Shown here: in pieces, positions 26,328 to 39,732 of the stretch
How positions within the stretch are numbered: position 1 is the stretch's first letter
Layout of the letters: each line of letters opens with the position of its first letter
Assembly (NCBI GenBank): GCA_964057225.1
Contig: OZ059895.1
Coordinates: forward strand, 4,030,001 to 4,094,000
Origin: Auanema rhodensis
Lineage: Eukaryota > Animalia > Nematoda
Direction of reading: 5' to 3'
DNA: 64,000 bases
The notes under the pieces: model-generated
The model's input: the letters and a program-made list of their open reading frames with translations, nothing else
Told to the model about the DNA's origin: nothing
Databases searched by the model: none
Made by a program: the position numbers and the translations under genes

Positions 26328-29300
26328 TATAAGTGTGAACTTATATCAGCTGATATCTCGGTGCATTTTCAAGCTAGCGCAAATCTGATAACACAGATCG
26401 ACGCAGCTTAAAAATCCGCATCGAATGCACTATACTTCATTGAGAAACGCTTAATACAAAACTTAGTTATGATCGTTTGAAAAATGATGCATTAGTGTAT
26501 GTTGAGTTTCCATGTACACTCAACATTGCTTCCAAAAACATTTTGACAAACATTTTTTCAAAAAATTTCAAAATAATTTAGCAAAAAGTAGATGTTTTTA
26601 GATTCCTTTTTTCAAGGCAAAGACAATGGGCAATGTTATTCAACGAAAAAATTAATTCTTCAGGGTGAAAATCGAGGATATAAGTGTGAACTTATATCAG
26701 TTGATATCTCGGTGCATTTTCAAGCTAGCGCAAATCTGATAACACAGATCGACGCAGCTTAAAAATCCGCATCGAATGCACTATACTTCATTGAGAAACG
26801 CTTAATACAAAAATTAGTTATGATCGTTTGAAAAATGATGCATTAGTGTATGTTGAGTTTCCATGTACACTCAACATTGCTTCCAAAAACATTTTGACAA
26901 ACATTTTTTCAAAAAATTTCAAAATAATTTAGCAAAAAGTAGATGTTTTTAGATTCCTTTTTTCAAGGCAAAGACGATGGGCAATGTTATTCAACGAAAA
27001 AATTAATTCTTCAGGGTGAAAATCGAGGATATAAGTGTGAACTTATATCAGTTGATATCTCGGTGCATTTTCAAGCTAACGCAAATCTGATAACACAGAT
27101 CGACGCAGCTTAAAAATCCGCATCGAATGCACTATACTTCATTGAGAAACGCTTAATACAAAAATTAGTTATGATCGTTTGAAAAATGATGCATTAGTGT
27201 ATGTTGAGTTTCCATGTACACTCAACATTGCTTCCAAAAACATTTTGACAAACATTTTTTCAAAAAATTTCAAAATAATTTATCAAAAAGTAGATGTTTT
27301 TAGATTCCTTTTTTCAAGGCAAAGACGATGGGCAATGTTATTCAACGAAAAAATTAATTCTTCAGGGTGAAAATCGAGGATATAAGTGTGAACTTATATC
27401 AGTTGATATCTCGGTGCATTTTCAAGCTAGCGCAAATCTGATAACACAGATCGACGCAGCTTAAAAATCCGCATCGAATGCACTATACTTCATTGAGAAA
27501 CGCTCAATACAAAAATTAGTTATGATCGTTTGAAAAATGATGCATTAGTGTATGTTGAGTTTCCATGTACACTCAACATTGCTTCCAAAAACATTTTGAC
27601 AAACATTTTTTCAAAAAATTTCAAAATAATTTAGCAAAAAGTAGATGTTTTTAGATTCCTTTTTTCAAGGCAAAGACGATGGGCAATGTTATTCAACGAA
27701 AAAATTAATTCTTCAGGGTGAAAATCGAGGATATAAGTGTGAACTTATATCAGTTGATATCTCGGTGCATTTTCAAGCTAGCGCAAATCTGATAACACAG
27801 ATCGACGCAGCTTAAAAATCCGCATCGAATGCACTATACTTCATTGAGAAACGCTTAATACAAAAATTAGTTATGATCGTTTGAAAAATGATGCATTAGT
27901 GTATGTTGAGTTTCCATGTACACTCAACATTGCTTCCAAAAACATTTTGACAAACATTTTTTCAAAAAATTTCAAAATAATTTATCAAAAAGTAGATGTT
28001 TTTAGATTCCTTTTTTCAAGGCAAAGACGATGGGCAATGTTATTCAACGAAAAAATTAATTCTTCAGGGTGAAAATCGAGGATATAAGTGTGAACTTATA
28101 TCAGTTGATATCTCGGTGCATTTTCAAGCTAGCGCAAATCTGATAACACAGATCGACGCAGCTTAAAAATCCGCATCGAATGCACTATACTTCATTGAGA
28201 AACGCTTAATACAAAAATTAGTTATGATCGTTTGAAAAATGATGCATTAGTGTATGTTGAGTTTCCATGTACACTCAACATTGCTTCCAAAAACATTTTG
28301 ACAAAAATTTTTTCGAAAAATTTCAAAATAATTTAGCAAAAAGTAGATGTTTTTAGATTCATTTTTTTGAGGCAAAGACGATGGACAATGTTATTCAACG
28401 AAAAAATTAATTCTTCAGGGTGAAAATCGAAGATATAAGTGTGAACTTATATCAGTTGATATCTCGGTGCATTTTTAAGCTAGCGCAAATCTGATAACAC
28501 AGATCGACGCAGCTTAAAAATCCGCATCGAATGCACTATACTTCATTGAGAAACGCTTAATACAAAAATTAGTTATGATCGTTTGAAAAATGATGCATTA
28601 GTGTATGTTGAGTTTCCATGTACACTCAACATTGCTTCCAAAAACATTTTGACAAACATTTTTTCAAAAAATTTCAAAATAATTTAGCAAAAAGTAGATG
28701 TTTTTAGATTCCTTTTTTCAAGGCAAAGACGATGGGCAATGTTATTCAACGAAAAAATTAATTCTTCAGGGTGAAAATCGAGGATATAAGTGTGAACTTA
28801 TATCAGTTGATATCTCGGTGCATTTTCAAGCTAGCGCAAATCTGATAACACAGATCGACGCAGCTTAAAAATCCGCATCGAATGCACTATACTTCATTGA
28901 GAAACGCTTAATACAAAAATTAGTTATGATCGTTTGAAAAATGATGCATTAGTGTATGTTGAGTTTCCATGTACACTCAACATTGCTTCCAAAAACATTT
29001 TGACAAAAATTTTTTCGAAAAATTTCAAAATAATTTAGCAAAAAGTAGATGTTTTTAGATTCATTTTTTTGAGGCAAAGACGATGGACAATGTTATTCAA
29101 CGAAAAAATTAATTCTTCAGGGTGAAAATCGAGGATATAAGTGTGAACTTATATCAGTTGATATATCGGTGCATTTTCAAGCTAGCGCAAATCTGATAAC
29201 ACAGATCGACGCAGCTTAAAAATCCGCATCGATTGCACTATACTTCATTGAGAAACGCTTAATACAAAAATTAGTTATGATCGTTTGAAAAATGATGCAT

Positions 29301-32300
29301 TAGTGTATGTTGAGTTTCCATGTACACTCAACATTGCTTCCAAAAACATTTTGACAAAAATTTTTTCGAAAAATTTCAAAATAATTTAGCAAAAAGTAGA
29401 TGTTTTTAGATTCATTTTTTTGAGGCAAAGACGATGGACAATGTTATTCAACGAAAAAATTAATTCTTCAGGGTGAAAATCGAGGATATAAGTGTGAACT
29501 TATATCAGTTGATATATCGGTGCATTTTCAAGCTAGCGCAAATCTGATAACACAGATCGACGCAGCTTAAAAATCCGCATCGATTGCACTATACTTCATT
29601 GAGAAACGCTTAATACAAAAATTAGTTATGATCGTTTGAAAAATGATGCATTAGTGTATGTTGAGTTTCCATGTACACTCAACATTGCTTCCAAAAACAT
29701 TTTGACAAAAATTTTTTCAAAAAATTTCAAAATAATTTAGCAAAAAGTAGATGTTTTTAGATTCCTTTTTTCAAGGCAAAGACGATGGGCAATGTTATTC
29801 AACGAAAAAATTAATTCTTCAGGGTGAAAATCGAGGATATAAGTGTGAACTTATATCAGTTGATATCTCGGTGCATTTTCAAGCTAGCGCAAATCTGATA
29901 ACACAGATCGACGCAGCTTAAAAATCCGCATCGAATGCACTATACTTCATTGAAAAACGCTTAATACAAAACTTAGTTATGATCGTTTGAAAAATGATGC
30001 ATTAGTGTATGTTGAGTTTCCATGTACACTCAACATTGCTTCCAAAAACATTTTGACAAAAATTTTTTCAAAAAATTTCAAAATAATTTAGCAAAAAGTA
30101 GATGTTTTTAGATTCATTTTTTTGAGGCAAAGACGATGGACAATGTTATTCAACGAAAAAATTAATTCTTCAGGGTGAAAATCGAAGATATAAGTGTGAA
30201 CTTATATCAGTTGATATCTCGGTGCATTTTTAAGCTAGCGCAAATCTGATAACACAGATCGACGCAGCTTAAAAATCCGCATCGAATGCACTATACTTCA
30301 TTGAGAAACGCTTAATACAAAAATTAGTTATGATCGTTTGAAAAATGATGCATTAGTGTATGTTGAGTTTCCATGTACACTCAACATTGCTTCCAAAAAC
30401 ATTTTGACAAACATTTTTTCAAAAAATTTCAAAATAATTTAGCAAAAAGTAGATGTTTTTAGATTCCTTTTTTCAAGGCAAAGACGATGGGCAATGTTAT
30501 TCAACGAAAAAATTAATTCTTCAGGGTGAAAATCGAGGATATAAGTGTGAACTTATATCAGTTGATATCTCGGTGCATTTTTAAGCTAGCGCAAATCTGA
30601 TAACACAGATCGACGCAGCTTAAAAATCCGCATCGAATGCACTATACTTCATTGAGAAACGCTTAATACAAAAATTAGTTATGATCGTTTGAAAAATGAT
30701 GCATTAGTGTATGTTGAGTTTCCATGTACACTCAACATTGCTTCCAAAAATATTTTGACAAACATTTTTTCAAAAAATTTCAAAATAATTTAGCAAAAAG
30801 TAGATGTTTTTAGATTCATTTTTTTAAGGCAAAGACGATGGACAATGTTATTCAACGAAAAAATTAATTCTTCAGGGTGAAAATCGAGGATATAAGTGTG
30901 AACTTATATCAGTTGATATCTCGGTGCATTTTCAAGCTAGCGCAAATCTGATAACACAGATCGACGCAGCTTAAAAATCCGCATCGAATGCACTATACTT
31001 CATTGAGAAACGCTTAATACAAAAATTAGTTATGATCGTTTGAAAAATGATGCATTAGTGTATGTTGAGTTTCCATGTACACTCAACATTGCTTCCAAAA
31101 ACATTTTGACAAAAATTTTTTCGAAAAATTTCAAAATAATTTAGCAAAAAGTAGATGTTTTTAGATTCATTTTTTTGAGGCAAAGACGATGGACAATGTT
31201 ATTCAACGAAAAAATTAATTCTTCAGGGTGAAAATCGAGGATATAAGTGTGAACTTATATCAGTTGATATCTCGGTGCATTTTTAAGCTAGCGCAAATCT
31301 GATAACACAGATCGACGCAGCTTAAAAATCCGCATCGAATGCACTATACTTCATTGAGAAACGCTTAATACAAAAATTAGTTATGATCGTTTGAAAAATG
31401 ATGCATTAGTGTATGTTGAGTTTCCATGTACACTCAACATTGCTTCCAAAAACATTTTGACAAACATTTTTTCAAAAAATTTCAAAATAATTTAGCAAAA
31501 AGTAGATGTTTTTAGATTCCTTTTTTCAAGGCAAAGACGATGGGCAATGTTATTCAACGAAAAAATTAATTCTTCAGGGTGAAAATCGAGAATATAAGTG
31601 TGAACTTATATCAGTTGATATCTCGGTGCATTTTCAAGCTAGCGCAAATATGATAACACAGATCGACGCAGCTTAAAAATCCGCATCGAATGCACTATAC
31701 TTCATTGAGAAACGCTTAATACAAAAATTAGTTATGATCGTTTGAAAAATGATGCATTAGTGTATGTTGAGTTTCCATGTACACTCAACATTGCTTCCAA
31801 AAACATTTTGACAAACATTTTTTCAAAAAATTTCAAAATAATTTAGCAAAAAGTAGATGTTTTTAGATTCATTTTTTTAAGGCAAAGACGATGGACAATG
31901 TTATTCAACGAAAAAATTAATTCTTCAGGGTGAAAATCGAGGATATAAGTGTGAACTTATATCAGTTGATATCTCGGTGCATTTTCAAGCTAGCGCAAAT
32001 CTGATAACACAGATCGACGCAGCTTAAAAATCCGCATCGAATGCACTATACTTCATTGAGAAACGCTTAATACAAAAATTAGTTATGATCGTTTGAAAAA
32101 TGATGCATTAGTGTATGTTGAGTTTCCATGTACACTCAACATTGCTTCCAAAAACATTTTGACAAAAATTTTTTCGAAAAATTTCAAAATAATTTAGCAA
32201 AAAGTAGATGTTTTTAGATTCATTTTTTTGAGGCAAAGACGATGGACAATGTTATTCAACGAAAAAATTAATTCTTCAGGGTGAAAATCGAGGATATAAG

Positions 32301-33083
32301 TGTGAACTTATATCAGTTGATATCTCGGTGCATTTTTAAGCTAGCGCAAATCTGATAACACAGATCGACGCAGCTTAAAAATCCGCATCGAATGCACTAT
32401 ACTTCATTGAGAAACGCTTAATACAAAAATTAGTTATGATCGTTTGAAAAATGATGCATTAGTGTATGTTGAGTTTCCATGTACACTCAACATTGCTTCC
32501 AAAAACATTTTGACAAAAATTTTTTCGAAAAATTTCAAAATAATTTAGCAAAAAGTAGATGTTTTTAGATTCATTTTTTTGAGGCAAAGACGATGGACAA
32601 TGTTATTCAACGAAAAAATTAATTCTTCAGGGTGAAAATCGAGGATATAAGTGTGAACTTATATCAGTTGATATCTCGGTGCATTTTTAAGCTAGCGCAA
32701 ATCTGATAACACAGATCGACGCAGCTTAAAAATCCGCATCGAATGCACTATACTTCATTGAGAAACGCTTAATACAAAAATTAGTTATGATCGTTTGAAA
32801 AATGATGCATTAGTGTATGTTGAGTTTCCATGTACACTCAACATTGCTTCCAAAAACATTTTGACAAACATTTTTTCAAAAAATTTCAAAATAATTTAGC
32901 AAAAAGTAGATGTTTTTAGATTCCTTTTTTCAAGGCAAAGACGATGGGCAATGTTATTCAACGAAAAAATTAATTCTTCAGGGTGAAAATCGAGGATATA
33001 AGTGTGAACTTATATCAGTTGATATCTCGGTGCATTTTTAAGCTAGCGCAAATCTGATAACACAGATCGACGCAGCTTAAAAA

Positions 33084-33093
33084 ACTCAAACAA
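33084..33093. other. Inversion junction with 10-bp filler ACTCAAACAA
   Basis: Forward consensus ...GCAGCTTAAAAA|TCC stops at 33083 (monomer pos 87). Reverse consensus TTTCGTTGAATAAC begins at 33094 (monomer pos 321). The intervening bases fit neither register. Confidence 0.93.
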
Positions 33094-36000
33094 TTTCGTT
33101 GAATAACATTGTCCATCGTCTTTGCCTTAATAAAATGAATCTAAAAACATCTACTTTTTGCTAAATTATTTTGAAATTTTTCGAAAAAATGTTTGTCAAA
33201 ATGTTTTTGGAAGCAATGTTAGGTGTACATGGAAACTCAACATACACTAATGCATCATTTTTCAAACGATCATAACTAATTTTTGTATTAAGCGTTTCTT
33301 AATGAAGTATAGTGCATTCGATGCGGATTTTTAAGCTGCGTCGATCTGTGTTATCAGATTTGCGCTAGCTTAAAAATGCACCGAGATATCAACTGATATT
33401 AGTTCACACTTATATCCTCGATTTTCACCCTGAAGAATTAATTTTTTCGTTGAATAACATTGCCCATCGTCTTTGCCTTGAAAAAAGGAATCTAAAAACA
33501 TCTACTTTTTGCTAAATTATTTTGAAATTTTTTGAAAAAATGTTTGTCAAAATGTTTTTGGAAGCAATGTTGAGTGTACATGGAAACTCAACATACACTA
33601 ATGCATCATTTTTCAAACGATCATAACTAATTTTTGTATTGAGCGTTTCTCAATGAAGTATAGTGCATTCGATGCGGATTTTTAAGCTGCGTCGATCTGT
33701 GTTATCAGATTTGCGCTAGCTTAAAAATGCACCGAGATATCAACTGATATAAGTTCACACTTATATCCTCGATTTTCACCCTGAAGAATTAATTTTTTCG
33801 TTGAATAACATTGCCCATCGTCTTTGCCTTGAAAAAAGGAATCTAAAAACATCTACTTTTTGCTAAATTATTTTGAAATTTTTTGAAAAAATGTTTGTCA
33901 AAATGTTTTTGGAAGCAATGTTAGGTGTACATGGAAACTCAACATACACTAATGCATCATTTTTCAAACGATCATAACTAATTTTTGTATTAAGCGTTTC
34001 TTAATGAAGTATAGTGCATTCGATGCGGATTTTTAAGCTGCGTCGATCTGTGTTATCAGATTTGCGCTAGCTTAAAAATGCACCGAGATATCAACTGATA
34101 TTAGTTCACACTTATATCCTCGATTTTCACCCTGAAGAATTAATTTTTTCGTTGAATAACATTGCCCATCGTCTTTGCCTTGAAAAAAGGAATCTAAAAA
34201 CATCTACTTTTTGCTAAATTATTTTGAAATTTTTTGAAAAAATGTTTGTCAAAATGTTTTTGGAAGCAATGTTGAGTGTACATGGAAACTCAACATACAC
34301 TAATGCATCATTTTTCAAACGATCATAACTAATTTTTGTATTAAGCGTTTCTCAATGAAGTATAGTGCATTCGATGCGGATTTTTAAGCTGCGTCGATCT
34401 GTGTTATCAGATTTGCGCTAGCTTAAAAATGCACCGAGACATCAACTGATATAAGTTCACACTTATATCCTCGATTTTCACCCTGAAGAATTAATTTTTT
34501 CGTTGAATAACATTGCCCATCGTCTTTGCCTTGAAAAAAGGAATCTAAAAACATCTACTTTTTGCTAAATTATTTTGAAATTTTTTGAAAAAATGTTTGT
34601 CAAAATGTTTTTGGAAGCAATGTTGAGTGTACATGGAAACTCAACATACACTAATGCATCATTTTTCAAACGATCATAACTAAGTTTTGTATTAAGCGTT
34701 TCTCAATGAAGTATAGTGCATTCGATGCGGATTTTTAAGCTGCGTCGATCTGTGTTATCAGATTTGCGCTAGCTTAAAAATGCACCGAGACATCAACTGA
34801 TATAAGTTCACACTTATATCCTCGATTTTCACCCTGAAGAATTAATTTTTTCGTTGAATAACATTGCCCATCGTCTTTGCCTTGAAAAAAGGAATCTAAA
34901 AACATCTACTTTTTGCTAAATTATTTTGAAATTTTTTGAAAAAATGTTTGTCAAAATGTTTTTGGAAGCAATGTTGAGTGTACATGGAAACTCAACATAC
35001 ACTAATGCATCATTTTTCAAACGATCATAACTAATTTTTGTATTAAGCGTTTCTCAATGAAGTATAGTGCATTCGATGCGGATTTTTAAGCTGCGTCGAT
35101 CTGTGTTATCAGATTTGCGCTAGCTTAAAAATGCACCGAGATATCAACTGATATAAGTTCAAACTTATATCCTCGATTTTCACCCTGAAGAATTAATTTT
35201 TTCGTTGAATAACATTGTCCATCGTCTTTGCCTTAAAAAAATGAATCTAAAAACATCTACTTTTTGCTAAATTATTTTGAAATTTTTCGAAAAAATTTTT
35301 GTCAAAATGTTTTTGGAAGCAATGTTGAGTGTACATGGAAACTCAACATACACTAATGCATCATTTTTCAAACGATCATAACTAATTTTTGTATTAAGCG
35401 TTTCTCAATGAAGTATAGTGCATTCGATGCGGATTTTTAAGCTGCGTCGATCTGTGTTATCAGATTTGCGCTAGCTTGAAAATGCACCGAGATATCAACT
35501 GATATAAGTTCACACTTATATCCTCGATTTTCACCCTGAAGAATTAATTTTTTCGTTGAATAACATTGCCCATCGTCTTTGCCTTGAAAAAAGGAATCTA
35601 AAAACATCTACTTTTTGCTAAATTATTTTGAAATTTTTCGAAAAAATTTTTGTCAAAATGTTTTTGGAAGCAATGTTGAGTGTACATGGAAACTCAACAT
35701 ACACTAATGCATCATTTTTCAAACGATCATAACTAAGTTTTGTTTTAAGCGTTTTTCAATGAAGTATAGTGCATTCGATGCGGATTTTTAAGCTGCGTCG
35801 ATCTGTGTTATCAGATTTGCGCTAGCTTGAAAATGCACCGAGATATCAACTGATATAAGTTCACACTTATATCCTCGATTTTCACCCTGAAGAATTAATT
35901 TTTTCGTTGAATAACATTGCCCATCGTCTTTGCCTTGAAAAAAGGAATCTAAAAACATCTACTTTTTGCTAAATTATTTTGAAATTTTTTGAAAAAATTT

Positions 36001-36222
36001 TTGTCAAAATGTTTTTGGAAGCAATGTTGAGTGTACATGGAAACTCAACATACACTAATGCATCATTTTTCAAACGATCATAACTAATTTTTGTATTAAG
36101 CGTTTCTCAATGAAGTATAGTGCAATCGATGCGGATTTTTAAGCTGCGTCGATCTGTGTTATCAGATTTGCGCTAGCTTGAAAATGCACCGAGATATCAA
36201 CTGATATAAGTTCACACTTATA

Positions 36223-39200
36223 TCCTCGATTTTCACCCTGAAGAATTAATTTTTTCGTTGAATAACATTGCCCATCGTCTTTGCCTTGAAAAAAGGAATC
36301 TAAAAACATCTACTTTTTGCTAAATTATTTTGAAATTTTTTGAAAAAATGTTTGTCAAAATGTTTTTGGAAGCAATGTTGAGTGTACATGGAAACTCAAC
36401 ATACACTAATGCATCATTTTTCAAACGATCATAACTAATTTTTGTATTAAGCGTTTCTCAATGAAGTATAGTGCATTCGATGCGGATTTTTAAGCTGCGT
36501 CGATCTGTGTTATCAGATTTGCGCTAGCTTAAAAATGCACCGAGATATCAACTGATATAAGTTCACACTTATATCCTCGATTTTCACCCTGAAGAATTAA
36601 TTTTTTCGTTGAATAACATTGCCCATCGTCTTTGCCTTGAAAAAAGGAATCTAAAAACATCTACTTTTTGCTAAATTATTTTGAAATTTTTTGAAAAAAT
36701 GTTTGTCAAAATGTTTTTGGAAGCAATGTTGAGTGTACATGGAAACTCAACATACACTAATGCATCATTTTTCAAACGATCATAACTAATTTTTGTATTA
36801 AGCGTTTCTCAATGAAGTATAGTGCATTCGATGCGGATTTTTAAGCTGCGTCGATCTGTGTTATCAGATTTGCGCTAGCTTGAAAATGCACCGAGATATC
36901 AACTGATATAAGTTCACACTTATATCCTCAATTTTCACCCTGAAGAATTAATTTTTTCGTTGAATAACATTGCCCATCGTCTTTGCCTTGAAAAAAGGAA
37001 TCTAAAAACATCTACTTTTTGCTAAATTATTTTGAAATTTTTTGAAAAAATGTTTGTCAAAATGTTTTTGGAAGCAATGTTGAGTGTACATGGAAACTCA
37101 ACATACACTAATGCATCATTTTTCAAACGATCATAACTAATTTTTGTATTAAGCGTTTCTCAATGAAGTATAGTGCATTCGATGCGGATTTTTAAGCTGC
37201 GTCGATCTGTGTTATCAGATTTGCGCTAGCTTAAAAATGCACCGAGATATCAACTGATATAAGTTCAAACTTATATCCTCGATTTTCACCCTGAAGAATT
37301 AATTTTTTCGTTGAATAACATTGTCCATCGTCTTTGCCTTAAAAAAATGAATCTAAAAACATCTACTTTTTGCTAAATTATTTTGAAATTTTTCGAAAAA
37401 ATTTTTGTCAAAATGTTTTTGGAAGCAATGTTGAGTGTACATGGAAACTCAACATACACTAATGCATCATTTTTCAAACGATCATAACTAATTTTTGTAT
37501 TAAGCGTTTCTCAATGAAGTATAGTGCATTCGATGCGGATTTTTAAGCTGCGTCGATCTGTGTTATCAGATTTGCGCTAGCTTGAAAATGCACCGAGATA
37601 TCAACTGATATAAGTTCACACTTATATCCTCGATTTTCACCCTGAAGAATTAATTTTTTCGTTGAATAACATTGCCCATCGTCTTTGCCTTGAAAAAAGG
37701 AATCTAAAAACATCTACTTTTTGCTAAATTATTTTGAAATTTTTCGAAAAAATTTTTGTCAAAATGTTTTTGGAAGCAATGTTGAGTGTACATGGAAACT
37801 CAACATACACTAATGCATCATTTTTCAAACGATCATAACTAAGTTTTGTATTAAGCGTTTCTCAATGAAGTATAGTGCATTCGATGCGGATTTTTAAGCT
37901 GCGTCGATCTGTGTTATCAGATTTGCGCTAGCTTGAAAATGCACCGAGATATCAACTGATATAAGTTCACACTTATATCCTCGATTTTCACCCTGAAGAA
38001 TTAATTTTTTCGTTGAATAACATTGCCCATCGTCTTTGCCTTGAAAAAAGGAATCTAAAAACATCTACTTTTTGCTAAATTATTTTGAAATTTTTTGAAA
38101 AAATGTTTGTCAAAATGTTTTTGGAAGCAATGTTGAGTGTACATGGAAACTCAACATACACTAATGCATCATTTTTCAAACGATCATAACTAATTTTTGT
38201 ATTAAGCGTTTCTCAATGAAGTATAGTGCATTCGATGCGGATTTTTAAGCTGCGTCGATCTGTGTTATCAGATTTGCGCTAGCTTAAAAATGCACCGAGA
38301 TATCAACTGATATAAGTTCACACTTATATCCTCGATTTTCACCCTGAAGAATTAATTTTTTCGTTGAATAACATTGCCCATCGTCTTTGCCTTGAAAAAA
38401 GGAATCTAAAAACATCTACTTTTTGCTAAATTATTTTGAAATTTTTTGAAAAAATGTTTGTCAAAATGTTTTTGGAAGCAATGTTGAGTGTACATGGAAA
38501 CTCAACATACACTAATGCATCATTTTTCAAACGATCATAACTAATTTTTGTATTAAGCGTTTCTCAATGAAGTATAGTGCATTCGATGCGGATTTTTAAG
38601 CTGCGTCGATCTGTGTTATCAGATTTGCGCTAGCTTGAAAATGCACCGAGATATCAACTGATATAAGTTCACACTTATATCCTCAATTTTCACCCTGAAG
38701 AATTAATTTTTTCGTTGAATAACATTGCCCATCGTCTTTGCCTTGAAAAAAGGAATCTAAAAACATCTACTTTTTGCTAAATTATTTTGAAATTTTTTGA
38801 AAAAATGTTTGTCAAAATGTTTTTGGAAGCAATGTTGAGTGTACATGGAAACTCAACATACACTAATGCATCATTTTTCAAACGATCATAACTAATTTTT
38901 GTATTAAGCGTTTCTCAATGAAGTATAGTGCATTCGATGCGGATTTTTAAGCTGCGTCGATCTGTGTTATCAGATTTGCGCTAGCTTAAAAATGCACCGA
39001 GATATCAACTGATATAAGTTCAAACTTATATCCTCGATTTTCACCCTGAAGAATTAATTTTTTCGTTGAATAACATAGTCCATCGTCTTTGCCTTAAAAA
39101 AATGAATCTAAAAACATCTACTTTTTGCTAAATTATTTTGAAATTTTTCGAAAAAATTTTTGTCAAAATGTTTTTGGAAGCAATGTTGAGTGTACATGGA

Positions 39201-39732
39201 AACTCAACATACACTAATGCATCATTTTTCAAACGATCATAACTAATTTTTGTATTAAGCGTTTCTCAATGAAGTATAGTGCATTCGATGCGGATTTTTA
39301 AGCTGCGTCGATCTGTGTTATCAGATTTGCGCTAGCTTGAAAATGCACCGAGATATCAACTGATATAAGTTCACACTTATATCCTCGATTTTCACCCTGA
39401 AGAATTAATTTTTTCGTTGAATAACATTGCCCATCGTCTTTGCCTTGAAAAAAGGAATCTAAAAACATCTACTTTTTGCTAAATTATTTTGAAATTTTTC
39501 GAAAAAATTTTTGTCAAAATGTTTTTGGAAGCAATGTTGAGTGTACATGGAAACTCAACATACACTAATGCATCATTTTTCAAACGATCATAACTAAGTT
39601 TTGTATTAAGCGTTTCTCAATGAAGTATAGTGCATTCGATGCGGATTTTTAAGCTGCGTCGATCTGTGTTATCAGATTTGCGCTAGCTTGAAAATGCACC
39701 GAGATATCAACTGATATAAGTTCACACTTATA
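36223..39732 (-). repeat. Pentamer (1755-bp) duplication (approximate limits)
   Basis: CCTCAATT at 36930/38685 and TTCAAACTT at 37268/39023. Confidence 0.75.

Larger units (their letters stand above)
1..33083 (+). repeat. Tandem satellite array, 351-bp monomer, forward arm (94 complete units + 87-bp partial unit)
   Basis: TATAAGTGTGAAC recurs at 1, 352, 703 ... 3511 ... 16851 ... 32997. The register shifts only by a 1-bp deletion (~3901) and three 1-bp T insertions (~10059, ~11464, ~12869). Units differ by a few substitutions. The array runs off the window start. Confidence 0.99.

Noticed and set aside
27179-27370. 63-aa ORF as a protein-coding gene
   Set aside because: TTG start, entirely within a satellite monomer, interrupted by TAG in all other units except one, and no recognisable domain.
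27881-28072. Second identical 63-aa ORF
   Set aside because: Copy of the same stop-loss variant two monomers downstream.
33084-33093. Transposon footprint or target-site duplication at the junction
   Set aside because: No flanking direct repeat or terminal inverted repeat remnant is visible.
33094-33110. CENP-B box-like TTTCGTTGAATAACATT
   Set aside because: Matches the TTCG and A of the nTTCGnnnnAnnCGGGn core but lacks the essential CGGG.
32646-33414. Inversion as a fold-back sequencing chimera
   Set aside because: The flanks are not mirror-identical and the right arm has its own duplicated private variants; a misjoin still needs exclusion by spanning reads.
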